From IMG/VR virus record IMGVR_UViG_3300013137_000012: a stretch of 64,000 nucleotides of DNA. One strand, given 5' to 3'. Positions 24,047 through 34,631 of the stretch are shown here, in pieces. A program made the translations under genes and the position numbers. The stretch comes from an uncultured virus (IMG/VR IMGVR_UViG_3300013137_000012) (taxonomy: Duplodnaviria; Heunggongvirae; Uroviricota; Caudoviricetes). The notes beneath the pieces were generated by a model. That model saw nothing but the letters and a program-made list of their open reading frames with translations, was not told where the DNA came from and made no database searches. The number at the start of each line of letters is the position of its first letter. Position 1 is the stretch's first letter.

Positions 24047-24333
24047 GGATTTTCGGGAACGACGAGTACGCCAATGGGCAGCACATCGCGCACGAGCCGT
24101 CATGGTGGCAGATGCGCAAAGCAAAGCGTGATGCTGAGGACTGGCTGTGGAAGCAGATACCGTCAGTCATCGAGATAGACCTTACAGCGAACAGTTATAT
24201 GAGTCTTTTTTCTAACGGTGAAATAGGTTTGAGTGATGGAGTTGGCTATGTAGATACTCTTTGTGCAGACGAAGTAAAGGATTTATATGTGGCATTGAAA
24301 AATTATTATAACAAAAAAAGTAAAGAAAAATAA
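24001..24333 (+). CDS. chimeric ORF: cassette B N-terminus fused to 3' part of the interrupted phage gene
   Basis: GC-rich to 24191, AT-rich afterwards; junction at ...TAN|SYMSLF. Confidence 0.55.
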   Translation: MKRSEIRHILQRLVRWIFGNDEYANGQHIAHEPSWWQMRKAKRDAEDWLWKQIPSVIEIDLTANSYMSLFSNGEIGLSDGVGYVDTLCADEVKDLYVALKNYYNKKSKEK

Positions 24334-24612
24334 ATGAAATGGGAATGTGTATTATGTAATAAAACCCCTGATAAAGGATGGTACTATATTGCTTCTACAG
24401 ACGACAATATAGACTATTTTTATTGCGATGATTGTGTTCCTAGAGGTTGTTCATGTCGAAAAGAATTAAAAAATGATATAGATATTAATAGTAAAGAAGC
24501 TAAAGATCCAAAAAGCTATCATGATAGATTAGATGCAAGTGGTAGGAAGTTGCCTTGTGTTGAGTTTTCGTTTGTTGATAATGATTTTGAAATAAAACAA
24601 AGATTAGGATAA

Positions 24613-25992
24613 ATGGATTTAAACTTTTCAACTTTAATGGGCGGAGGAGCTATTTTTGCTACTGTTGCTTTATTATGGCAGAAAATAAAATGGGTGTGGG
24701 AGAGAATTTCTTCTATAGTTTTTGTTACTTATACCATAGAGCATTACAAAATAACTATTGCAGTAAATTTTTATTTATCTAAACATTTTTCATTATTAAA
24801 ATTTCAGCCCAGAATCATCTGTGGTGAAACTCTTTATGTCCGTCCAAGAAGAAAATATGGACTTGTTGGTTTTGAATGGAATAGAATGAAGTCTATATAT
24901 ATTTCTAAAAAGGGAGTGGTCGTTTTTGGCATGTCTTCATCTGGAAATAAAGGAGATGTCAGTAACGCACAGATAACTACCATTAGGGGCTTAATAGAAC
25001 TTAAACAACTTATAACAGATGCTATAGATGAGTATAATTCTAGTACCGATCAAGTAAAACAGAGATCCAGTAACCAAAGTACAAGATTTAAAATAATTCA
25101 GTATTGTGGACAAGGAAGAATAACGAAAAACAATAAAACTAGTGATGGCGGGTATTCAGAAGACTCTAAAGGTCCAATTGCTGTAGGCGGAAACAATGGG
25201 TGCGGCATAGATAATAGTGAATTATTAAGTGGCAAAATTGAATTTTTAAAATGGACTATAAATGATATTGGCGAAGAGGACAAACAAAATGCGGGACTTA
25301 AAAATTTAGCGTTGCCACCATATGTAGACGGGTTAATAGAAGAAGCTAATAGGTGGATGGATAGTCAGTTATGGTTTGAGGAAAAAGGTATTCCGTGGCG
25401 TAGAGGATGGCTATTACATGGAAAACCTGGAACTGGTAAAAGTTCTTTAATCAAGGCTATAGGTCAACATTTAAGAATTCCTATTTGTCTTTTTGATATT
25501 GCCTCTATGGGGAACAATGAATTTAATAAATATTGGGAAGAAATGTTAAATCACACTCCCTGTATAGCTTTGATAGAGGATATAGATGCCGTATTTTCCG
25601 GAAGAACAAATAAATTAGGTGAAATGGGTGGTGGATTAACCTTCGATTGCCTTTTAAATTGTATGTCGGGTGTTAAAAGTGCAGATGGAGTATTCTTAAT
25701 TATAACCAGTAATCATATTGAGGATATAGATGAGGCATTAGGTAAGCCAAGAACTGATAAAGATGCTAATGGAACACTTATATCTACCAGACCAGGAAGA
25801 ATTGATAGAGTATTCGCTTTGCCATTATTAGATGATAAATGCAGACTAAAAATAGCAAACAGAATACTGTGTGATTGCCCAAGTTATATAGAAAAAACAG
25901 TTAAAGACGGTGATGGAGATACTGGGGCACAATTTCAGGAACGTTGTGCTCAAATTGCATTAAGGGCATTTTGGGATAATAAATCTGTATAA
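24613..25992 (+). CDS. BCS1-like AAA+ ATPase with N-terminal membrane anchor
   Basis: GIPWRRGWLLHGKPGTGKSS, IEDIDA, LLNCMSG, ITSNH, RPGRID. Confidence 0.85.
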   Translation: MDLNFSTLMGGGAIFATVALLWQKIKWVWERISSIVFVTYTIEHYKITIAVNFYLSKHFSLLKFQPRIICGETLYVRPRRKYGLVGFEWNRMKSIYISKKGVVVFGMSSSGNKGDVSNAQITTIRGLIELKQLITDAIDEYNSSTDQVKQRSSNQSTRFKIIQYCGQGRITKNNKTSDGGYSEDSKGPIAVGGNNGCGIDNSELLSGKIEFLKWTINDIGEEDKQNAGLKNLALPPYVDGLIEEANRWMDSQLWFEEKGIPWRRGWLLHGKPGTGKSSLIKAIGQHLRIPICLFDIASMGNNEFNKYWEEMLNHTPCIALIEDIDAVFSGRTNKLGEMGGGLTFDCLLNCMSGVKSADGVFLIITSNHIEDIDEALGKPRTDKDANGTLISTRPGRIDRVFALPLLDDKCRLKIANRILCDCPSYIEKTVKDGDGDTGAQFQERCAQIALRAFWDNKSV

Positions 25993-26740
25993 TGCTACAA
26001 AGAGGTGAATATGCAAATTAAAAAAATAAAAAGCGCTATAAAAAATTCTAGAAATGCCAAAATCATTATAAGTAATGAAGATAAAAAAATGAAAAAACTT
26101 GTTAAATTAGCCCAAAAGAAAAGGCAAAAAACAATTAAGCAATATAATAAGATTAATAAGATAAAAAGAATTAAAAAGCCCAAAAAGATACAAAAACTCG
26201 TTGATATAGAGAGTCTATATAATCGCGCAGACAAAAAAACACAATTGGCTATGAGGCAATTATTAGAAAAAGAAATTGTTAGAAAAAGGTTTATAAAACG
26301 GTTATTAGAAGACGACAAAATAGTAAAAATGATTTCGTGTGCGAGTAACGACATATTTGACATAATTAAACCCAAATTAAGTAAATATATGTCAAATATT
26401 AAAAGATACTTAAGCAAAAAATACATTAATAAAAATATAGATGTTAATGTTGATTATTTGTGTATACTGAAAGTAAAGACATTGTTAGACCTAATAAACG
26501 ACAATATAGACCAATATTTGTTAAAAAGATTTGACAAGGAAAAGAAAATAAGTACTTTTGATTTATCTCATGTGTTATCTATTGATGATTGTATTCCTTC
26601 AGATAAAAAAATAGTAATGCCCGAACTATCAGATCCAAAAGATATTAGTTTTGATGATTCTATAAAAGAAGATCCAAGTTTAGATGGTTATGGCGCTGAT
26701 ATATTTGGTAAAACCGAATTATTTGACAATATAAGAAGAA

Positions 26741-27052
26741 TCAAAGATAAGTAACCAGCATTTTCATTATATTCTTTACTTGTTTTGCAGTAATAGAATT
26801 TATTATGTGTTTTTCATGTTGTTCTACTTTACTTTCACACCAATCAGGATACCATTTATGTAAGCACTCATGTATTAATGTGGGTATAATATCTCTTCTA
26901 AAATCAATTTCTATAGTATCTGTATCGGGTTTATATTCACCATAATAATTACGTTGTTTTCTTTTTAATACGATGTCTACAGAGCGTGTTTTTAACATAT
27001 AATTAAGCTTTTTTATTATATTATATATTTGTTTTTTGGTGTAGGAAGACAT
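26741..27052 (-). CDS. small HExxH metallopeptidase-like protein
   Basis: YYGEY...TLIHECLH. Confidence 0.55.
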   Translation of the reverse strand: MSSYTKKQIYNIIKKLNYMLKTRSVDIVLKRKQRNYYGEYKPDTDTIEIDFRRDIIPTLIHECLHKWYPDWCESKVEQHEKHIINSITAKQVKNIMKMLVTYL

Positions 27053-27103
27053 AATTATATTTTTGAAGTATATTTCTAGAATTTAATTAAATTATCCTAT
27101 AAA

Positions 27104-27319
27104 ATGAATTGGTATAAAAAAGCTAGTAAAGAATATGATTTTAAAAAAGATAAATTTAGATATTGTCCCGTTTGTGGAGAGTATTATAATTCTCAATGTA
27201 GGTGCGCAGGTCCACATGGTTTGCAAGATTTGAAAAGTGGGCATGGGTTTTCTTGTAAAAATGGGCATAGATGGTCTGGTCATGATTATCCGAATATAGT
27301 TTATATTCCGGAGAAATAA
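27104..27319 (+). CDS. MNWYK-motif small Zn-finger protein
   Basis: MNWYKKA start; CPVC, CRC, C.NGH.W. Confidence 0.65.
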   Translation: MNWYKKASKEYDFKKDKFRYCPVCGEYYNSQCRCAGPHGLQDLKSGHGFSCKNGHRWSGHDYPNIVYIPEK

Positions 27320-27330
27320 GGAGAAATAAA

Positions 27331-27684
27331 ATGAATTGGTATAAGAGGGCTATGACTTTTGAAGAAATGGAGAGAAATTTAGAAGAATTTGTAGGAATAG
27401 ATAATAAATTAGAAAAAATAAAACATAATTATATTAATGAAGTTGTAAAAAACGATCCTAACTATTATCCTTTTAAAAAAAATGTAAAAAACGATCCTAA
27501 TCCTTTTAAAAAAACATTTAAAAATCCAACCCTTCCAGTTTCTCCCAAGCCATTTCCAGGTCCTATAATGCCTATAACTCCTAAAAAACAAGAGCCAGTA
27601 ATACCAACAGGATCAACAGTACAAAGTGATTTACCAGTAGCGCCATTAGCAAGTGAAGAAGATATTCAAAGAGATATCGGTTAA
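27331..27684 (+). CDS. MNWYK-motif Pro-rich protein
   Basis: AGGAG RBS; MNWYKRA start; internal 18-bp repeat at 27444 and 27483 (VKNDPN x2). Confidence 0.65.
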   Translation: MNWYKRAMTFEEMERNLEEFVGIDNKLEKIKHNYINEVVKNDPNYYPFKKNVKNDPNPFKKTFKNPTLPVSPKPFPGPIMPITPKKQEPVIPTGSTVQSDLPVAPLASEEDIQRDIG

Positions 27685-27968
27685 TATATATGGGGTTTTG
27701 CTTCCCTGCCAGTTATTCCAATTTCATCTTTATAATGCCATAATAATTCTTTTCCGCTACTTGTCATAACCCAATCTTCAATAATAATCTCTCCAAGATG
27801 GGTGCGATCATGGCAATTTGGGCAGATGTACGCAATATTAGAGAAGTGATTATAATTTGTTATTTTTCTACCCCGTATATGATGTGCTACAAGGAACGAA
27901 ATTGCGTCACATAAATCACAATTTCTTTTACCACTACGAGCATATAATTTTCTATTTTTTAGCGACAT
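27681..27968 (-). CDS. HNH endonuclease
   Basis: CDLC...HHI...N...ICPNCHDRTH. Confidence 0.8.
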   Translation of the reverse strand: MSLKNRKLYARSGKRNCDLCDAISFLVAHHIRGRKITNYNHFSNIAYICPNCHDRTHLGEIIIEDWVMTSSGKELLWHYKDEIGITGREAKPHIY

Positions 27969-28029
27969 TATTATATATTTCTTCAAAACAAACAAATTGC
28001 CCTTTTCAAAATCTGTATATAATATAAGT

Positions 28030-29715
28030 ATGTTCGTATTAAGACCATATAATAAAAACAAAGAAGAGTTATATAATAAAAACAATCCCCGTTTAATATC
28101 TCGTTTATTATCCCAAAGAAATATTGATAATATAGATGAATTTTTGAAGTGTGATTATGATGCATTATCAGATCCTTATACACTGAATGGAGTAAAGGAA
28201 GCCTCTAAATTATTCTGTCAAGTTATTTTAGAAAAAGGTGCAATTTCTTCTTTTGGTGATTACGATAGTGACGGTATTATTTCTTCTGTAATGATTCATG
28301 AACTTTGTAAAACATTAAAACATGATTGTACTTCATTTTTACCTTCACGATTAGAACATGGTTATGGACTAAATAAAACAGCAATTGAACACTATAAAAA
28401 AACCGTTAAAAATCCGCCAAACTTACTCGTTATTTTGGATTGTGGTTCTAATTCCGAAGAACACATATTGGAGTTGAAAAAATGGGGCGTAAAACATATC
28501 ATTATAATAGACCACCATACAATTGAAGCAAATAAGGCTACTAAATCTGCAAACGTATTAATTAATTGGCATATTGATAATAAAAGTGAAATGTGTACTT
28601 GCGGATTAGTATATCAATTTATACGTGGAATAAGGAAATTAACCAAACGAATAGATCCCATAGAATATTTAACATATGCCGCTATTGGAACTATTGCAGA
28701 TATAATGCCTATAATTGGAGATAATAGGATAATTGTTAAAAACGGGTTATTATCCAGTACATTAAATAAAGTATCTGGATCTGGATTAAACTCTATATTG
28801 TCTACGAGATTTTCAAACGGATTAAACCAGAAGAACATTGCTTATCAAGTTGTTCCAAAACTAAATGCACCTGGGAGAATACATACGCCAGATTTTGTAT
28901 TGAAATTCTTAATTGAAAGAAATTCAGACCAAACAGAAAAAATGTTAGAGCTTTTAAATAAACTGAATAAAGAAAGAAAGAGTATACAAGAACGCATAGA
29001 AAAAGAAGCGTTAAATAAGATAAATGGCAATATTGATGCGTATAAACATGGCATTTTAGTTTATGATGATAAATGGCATGTGGGAGTAGTGGGTATAGTG
29101 GCTTCTAAATTAGTAGAAAGGTTTAAGAAGCCCGTTGTAATTGCAGGACTACATGAAAAGCTATATAAAGGCAGTTCTCGTGCAAATAACGATATTAATA
29201 TATATGAGATATTAACATCATGTAAAGAACTATTCACTGAATTTGGTGGTCATAAACAGGCAGCGGGTATAATTCTAAATCCTGATAAATTAAATGATGC
29301 TAGTACAATATTTAATAATGCCTGTCAAAAATATTTAGAAAAACACAATATATGCACTGAATCAAGTCGTTTTTATGATGCAGAATTAAAAGCAAAAACA
29401 GTAAATGTAGAAACTAAAAATATGTTATTAGATACTTTATATCCTTATTGTGCATCAAATAATCCTGAACCTATATTTATGATTTCTGGAATCGTAACCG
29501 GATTAACATTAAAAGAAAAAGATGATTGGAAGAAAATGTCATTTAAAATAAAACAAAATAACGATATAACTGAATTAAATTTTGTTACTTTTTCGCCGGA
29601 ATATGGGACAGATTTAAATGGTTGTTTTGTTAAGGTTTATTTTACTTTCCCACAAAACGAATTTAACGATGTATTAGTGGAAGAAATAGTAGTAAAAAAT
29701 GGAGAAAAAATATGA
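28030..29715 (+). CDS. recJ: single-stranded DNA exonuclease RecJ
   Basis: GDYDSDG, PSRLEHGYGL, LDCG, IDHH, GTIAD, PKLNAPGR, WHVGVVGIVAS, FGGHKQAAG. Confidence 0.93.
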   Translation: MFVLRPYNKNKEELYNKNNPRLISRLLSQRNIDNIDEFLKCDYDALSDPYTLNGVKEASKLFCQVILEKGAISSFGDYDSDGIISSVMIHELCKTLKHDCTSFLPSRLEHGYGLNKTAIEHYKKTVKNPPNLLVILDCGSNSEEHILELKKWGVKHIIIIDHHTIEANKATKSANVLINWHIDNKSEMCTCGLVYQFIRGIRKLTKRIDPIEYLTYAAIGTIADIMPIIGDNRIIVKNGLLSSTLNKVSGSGLNSILSTRFSNGLNQKNIAYQVVPKLNAPGRIHTPDFVLKFLIERNSDQTEKMLELLNKLNKERKSIQERIEKEALNKINGNIDAYKHGILVYDDKWHVGVVGIVASKLVERFKKPVVIAGLHEKLYKGSSRANNDINIYEILTSCKELFTEFGGHKQAAGIILNPDKLNDASTIFNNACQKYLEKHNICTESSRFYDAELKAKTVNVETKNMLLDTLYPYCASNNPEPIFMISGIVTGLTLKEKDDWKKMSFKIKQNNDITELNFVTFSPEYGTDLNGCFVKVYFTFPQNEFNDVLVEEIVVKNGEKI

Positions 29716-29927
29716 AAGATAAATATATCACGTATTTCACCAGTACTACAATTATAGGGGTATTGGCAGAAGCAGAAAATAAAGAAGAGGCTTTAAATAT
29801 TGCTAAAACAAAATTTAATGATAAAGATAATCTTGAAAAGTTTTATTTTAATCAAACACCGATGACGCCGATCAAAACTGAAAAAGTTAATTAATTCCTG
29901 TATCATAACAAAAACATTGGAGTGAAT

Positions 29928-31997
29928 ATGGAAAAGCAATTTACTGAAGCATCTTTAATTAAGCACATAAGACAAAAGCAACAAGTATTAAAGCGTGTAT
30001 CAAAAGAACTCAAAGCACATTTTGTAGGTATAGATCATATTATAGATAAAATAATAAAAGCGGTAGAAGTCTGGTATATATTGCCTCAATTATTAACTCG
30101 TCCTTCTATTATTTGTTTATGGGGTCCAACAGGCGTAGGTAAAACAGATTTGGTTAGACGTTTTGTAAAGGCTATTAAGTTTTTTGACAGGTTTTGTGAA
30201 ATAGAATTGTCCAGTAAAGGCGCATATTCGTGGCATACAACTATTTCAAGTATTTTGTCACAAGATCACAGTATGGAATCTGGAACACAATCTATATTGC
30301 TCTTTGATGAAATACAGAACTTTAGAACACTAGATGAAACAGGCGTGGAAATAACCGATTATCATTTCAAGGATATTTGGAGTCTTTTGAGTGATGGTAA
30401 ACTTCCCTATAAGCCCGATATGGATTATTTGTTATCGATTATTTATGATGATGAAAGACGTAAAAAGCGCCAGAAAGAACGTAAGAAGACTAAGAAGATA
30501 GTAGTTCCTACAAAACAAATTGCAGAAACCTATAAATATGATTATGATGATAGCACTACACAAACTCCTCAAGTTACCGAAGTATCAATTAATAATGATA
30601 GGCTTTTAAAGGAAATTTTTAATGCCGATCCTGGTGACGATGATGAGGAAGACGATCATTCTTTTTTCTCTTCTCATTATCACAATATTAAACGTTTTAA
30701 ATCGCTTTTACGACTACCTGAATCTATAGAAGAAATTGCTAATTGGTCAGAAGATAAGAAACGAAGTGTATTACTAAACAGGTTAAACGACAAGGCACTT
30801 TATGAAGAAGAGAATTATTGTCAGTCTCTGATATTTATTTCGGGCAATTTGGACGAAGCTTATCAATTTGGAAAGCGAGCAGAAGATGTTGATACAGAGG
30901 CAGATACGTATCATGAGTGGTCTAAGAAAATAACCATTATAGACATTAAAAACGCACTAAAGTTAAGATTTAAGCCTGAACAAATAGCCAGATTTGGTAA
31001 TACGCACATGATTTATCCTTCTTTGAGCAAAAGTAGTTACGAAAAAATCATTCATCGTAAAATTGTGGAAATAGAAAAAAGAACATTTGATAATTTTGGT
31101 ATTAAGGTACACATAGACAAATCAATAGAGGCTCTTATCTATAGTAATGGTGTTTTCCCAACACAAGGTACTAGGCCCGTTTTCAGCACAATATCGGAAA
31201 TATTGGAAGCACAACTGCCTACTATTTTAATGCAATCTATGATAAAAAGAATAAGAGAAGTCGAAGTTAAATATGAGAATCAGAAAATAATTGCAGAATC
31301 TGTTAAAAACACATTGATAAACAGTATTCCTTATGACGGTACTATTGATAAATTAAGAGGGTTTAAGAATAAGAATTTGGATAGAAAAACGATGTCGGCA
31401 GTTCATGAATCAGGACATGCGGTTATTTATGCATTATTAACTGGTATTGCTCCGCCAGAATTTGTGGTTACTCCCGCAACTGATGAAGTAGAGGGATATG
31501 TTTTGTTGCATAATATCTGTGGATCTAAGGTGTCTATTTTGGACAAGATATGCGTTTCATTAGCGGGTAGCGAAGCAGAGAAAGTGGTGTTTGGTGATAA
31601 TTACTTTACTTCTGGTGGTATTAGTGATTTGAATTATGCAACAACAATGGTAGGAGAAATGGTTAGAAGTTATGGTATGGACAAGTTTTCTTCTTCTATC
31701 TTGACAGAATTTAATCAAAGAGCAAATCATTTGAATAACGATTTAAAAGACAGCAATACGCGCATAGAGAGTATTATTAAAGAACAGCGTGAAATAACCA
31801 GAAAATTATTGTTAGATAACGTCGTGCTATTCAAAAGCGTTGTAGATACTTTACTTACTTTAAATAAAATTACGCCAGATGAATTTGTTAAGTTATGTAA
31901 AAAGGCAAAATTAAGCATTAAAGTAATTGCAAATTCTACAGAAATAATTTATCCTAATTATTTGGGGATGTATAATAAATTTAAGGAATCAAAGTGA
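29928..31997 (+). CDS. AAA+ ATPase fused to FtsH-type (M41) peptidase domain, no TM
   Basis: GPTGVGKT, LLFDEIQ; AVHESGHA, LAGSEAE, GGISDL..AT. Confidence 0.8.
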   Translation: MEKQFTEASLIKHIRQKQQVLKRVSKELKAHFVGIDHIIDKIIKAVEVWYILPQLLTRPSIICLWGPTGVGKTDLVRRFVKAIKFFDRFCEIELSSKGAYSWHTTISSILSQDHSMESGTQSILLFDEIQNFRTLDETGVEITDYHFKDIWSLLSDGKLPYKPDMDYLLSIIYDDERRKKRQKERKKTKKIVVPTKQIAETYKYDYDDSTTQTPQVTEVSINNDRLLKEIFNADPGDDDEEDDHSFFSSHYHNIKRFKSLLRLPESIEEIANWSEDKKRSVLLNRLNDKALYEEENYCQSLIFISGNLDEAYQFGKRAEDVDTEADTYHEWSKKITIIDIKNALKLRFKPEQIARFGNTHMIYPSLSKSSYEKIIHRKIVEIEKRTFDNFGIKVHIDKSIEALIYSNGVFPTQGTRPVFSTISEILEAQLPTILMQSMIKRIREVEVKYENQKIIAESVKNTLINSIPYDGTIDKLRGFKNKNLDRKTMSAVHESGHAVIYALLTGIAPPEFVVTPATDEVEGYVLLHNICGSKVSILDKICVSLAGSEAEKVVFGDNYFTSGGISDLNYATTMVGEMVRSYGMDKFSSSILTEFNQRANHLNNDLKDSNTRIESIIKEQREITRKLLLDNVVLFKSVVDTLLTLNKITPDEFVKLCKKAKLSIKVIANSTEIIYPNYLGMYNKFKESK

Positions 31998-33118
31998 AAG
32001 AGTGGCTAGATAAAACATGTCAAGATTGTATCTATAGAGACAATAATATCTGTCGCAAAAATCCTCCAAGTTCAAATCAATATCCCGTTGTTGTGTATTT
32101 GAATTTGGTTGGTGAAGTAGATTTGAATGCTGAATATAAAATGGCTTGTTCTTGCTGGAAAAAAGATGAGAAATGACATTATTAAGCAATTCATATCATA
32201 TCACCAAACAATATGAGCAAAAATTAGAATATTGCCGTATTGCTTCTCAAATATATCTTAAGTATGGTCCCAAGAAATTCTGGAAAGAAGAGTATATATC
32301 TGAATTTTGGGATTATAAAAAGAATTTGTCAAGCCCTTCTATAGAACCGTTAAAACATTCTATTTCTATAGCTAATATTAGATGGTTTATTTATAATTAT
32401 GTAGAATTTAAAGATAATATTTGGAATTCCGATTTTATAAGGGGTGTTGCTACTGGAGGCACATTGGTAGAACGACAAGATTTTCCATGTATTAAGTGGT
32501 ATGATAATAATAGTATAATTAAACTGTTAAAATTAGCCCCTTTTTATGTTGGACTATATAAGATTAAAAGGGCACATTTTTGGTCTAATATTGTTGCGTT
32601 TTGTTCTAAATATTCCGAAGATACATTATCATTTATGGCGGGGGTATTGGCAACTGGAAATAAAATAACCATCAATAAAAAAGTATATATATTTTATAGT
32701 CATAGTGCCGTTGATTATATTAGAAAGTGGTGTATACCCGAAGAAACATGTGATATAAAAGCAATAAAAATAGCTAGGAGATGTTTAAAACTGCCAGATA
32801 AGTATTGTTTAATATCTCCGTTTTGGACAGCGTTATTAAGTTTTAAAATGCCTGAAATGTTTAAAAAAAGATGGATTGTTTATAACGCTATTAATGCTAA
32901 AATTTATGCTTTATTAATGTATAAATTATATGTTAATAGATCAATTAAATCACGATTATTGCCTTATTTAATTGGTAGAACGACATTGTTTAAGAATAGA
33001 AAGAAACTTGAAGATATTCCTGGATTATGTATTAAATATAAGATTGTTTCCGTAGATAATATAGTTAAAAATGCCGCAAAAGAATATGCGAATTGGTATA
33101 ATAACAAAGAGGTGAAAA

Positions 33119-34168
33119 ATGATGTTAATAGTTGATGGCAATAATATGGGCTGTAGAAGTTGTTTCGCTAACGCAGAATTAAAGAATAATTTGGGAATTC
33201 CTACCGGATTACATTATGGATTTTTTAATTCTATTATAAAATTAAAGAAGAATTTTAAAGATTCTAGAATATTGGTAGTATGGGATGGTAAATCTAAAAG
33301 GCGAATGGAAGTGTCTCAAAAAGCTGTAAATGATAAAATTATTCCAGAACTTTATAAGGCTAATAGACGCAAAGATCCTAGACCACAACCACTAATAGAT
33401 TTTGAACAGCAATCGCCATTTCTTAAAAAAGCATTAGAACAAGCTGGAATTCCTCAAATAAGAATGGCAGAATATGAAGCTGATGATTTAGTTGCTTCTT
33501 ATGCACAAAAACTATCCACTGAATCAGAAGTTATTATAGTAAGCAGTGATAATGATTTTTATCAATTATTAACCGATAAGATTTCTACGTTTGATGGTAT
33601 GACAGATAAAACAGTTACAAAAGCGTCATGGGAAAAAGAAAATGGTGTTACTATTGATAAATATTTGGAAATTTGTGCATTAACGGGCGATAGTAGTGAT
33701 AATATTTTTGGCGTTCCTAGTTGGGGGGAGGTTACGGCACTAGAAACAATAAAAGAATTTGGAACATGTAAAAATTTATTAGAAAAAAAGAATGCTCAAT
33801 ATGGTTGTCTGAAAAATAGTTCTCCGGATATTAAAGACGAGATTGTTTTTAAGAGCCTATTAGAAATTAAAAATAAAAAGGATATACCTAAATATAAAGG
33901 TGCGTGGTTGGGAATGCCGTTTTCCGGAGTTGCTTTGGATATAGAAAATAAAAAGATTAAAACAGATTTATCTAAAAAAGATTTAATGTTACTAATGTTT
34001 CAAGATAGAATCCCCATTTCTCAATCTCTAAAAACAATTGATATAGTTGTTAATATTCCAAAAATACCTGCAATACCGTTTAATCGTAAAAGGATATTGG
34101 AATATTTTGCTTATTATGATATTAGGTCAATAAGCGAAAGCGATATAGATGTGTTGGAAAAACAATAG
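33119..34168 (+). CDS. 5'-3' exonuclease / T4 RNase H-like (FEN/PIN)
   Basis: IVDGNN, VWDG, YKANR, YEADD, SSDNDFYQ, GDSSDNI.GV. Confidence 0.9.
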   Translation: MMLIVDGNNMGCRSCFANAELKNNLGIPTGLHYGFFNSIIKLKKNFKDSRILVVWDGKSKRRMEVSQKAVNDKIIPELYKANRRKDPRPQPLIDFEQQSPFLKKALEQAGIPQIRMAEYEADDLVASYAQKLSTESEVIIVSSDNDFYQLLTDKISTFDGMTDKTVTKASWEKENGVTIDKYLEICALTGDSSDNIFGVPSWGEVTALETIKEFGTCKNLLEKKNAQYGCLKNSSPDIKDEIVFKSLLEIKNKKDIPKYKGAWLGMPFSGVALDIENKKIKTDLSKKDLMLLMFQDRIPISQSLKTIDIVVNIPKIPAIPFNRKRILEYFAYYDIRSISESDIDVLEKQ

Positions 34169-34631
34169 TTGTAGGATGTTTTTTGAATTTTGGGGAAATA
34201 CATAATATGGAACAAGATTTCTTAAATTTTGATAATGTATCTAAAATTGATTCCGAAATATATCAATTAGCTATGTATGAAGTTACTGAGGGCAAGTTGT
34301 TTTTTTTAAAAGAGTCATCTGAACTGGTTAAATTACAGGGGCTTGTTATTAGTAAGTTTAATTATTTGAAAAGTTTAATTCAACGTGGATCGATTACTTT
34401 AGAACAATTAAGGAAAGATATTCTAAGTAAAAATGGACCTTTCAAGCAGAATGAGACCTCAAAACAAGTATTAGATTTTGATGAGTTGGTAAATAAAAAA
34501 ATAGTAGAAATAAAGAAACCAAAAGCATTGTTGTCAAATAAGGTAAGCGGCTCATTCACTGAATATCTAAATAAATTTGATGACGGTGAAGAAAATATAT
34601 TTATTAAGTTATCTCATAAAAAGAAGAAAAA

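Larger units (their letters stand above)
23701..24191 (-). mobile_element. two tandem integron-type gene cassettes (278 bp and 213 bp) inserted in a phage gene
   Basis: GC-rich island bounded by AA|C crossovers; cassette ends complementary (GTTGGAGAT/ATCTCCAAC; GTTCGCTG/CAGCGAAC); excision restores a 58-aa ORF. Confidence 0.78.

Noticed and set aside
23605..24170. Minus-strand ORFs of 95-162 aa across the GC island
   Set aside because: They cross cassette boundaries; long open frames are expected in GC-rich DNA; no recognisable motifs.
32173..33135. Degenerate LAGLIDADG endonuclease (FIRGVATGG, FMAGVLATG)
   Set aside because: Acidic catalytic residues are absent and similarity is too weak to call without an HMM search.
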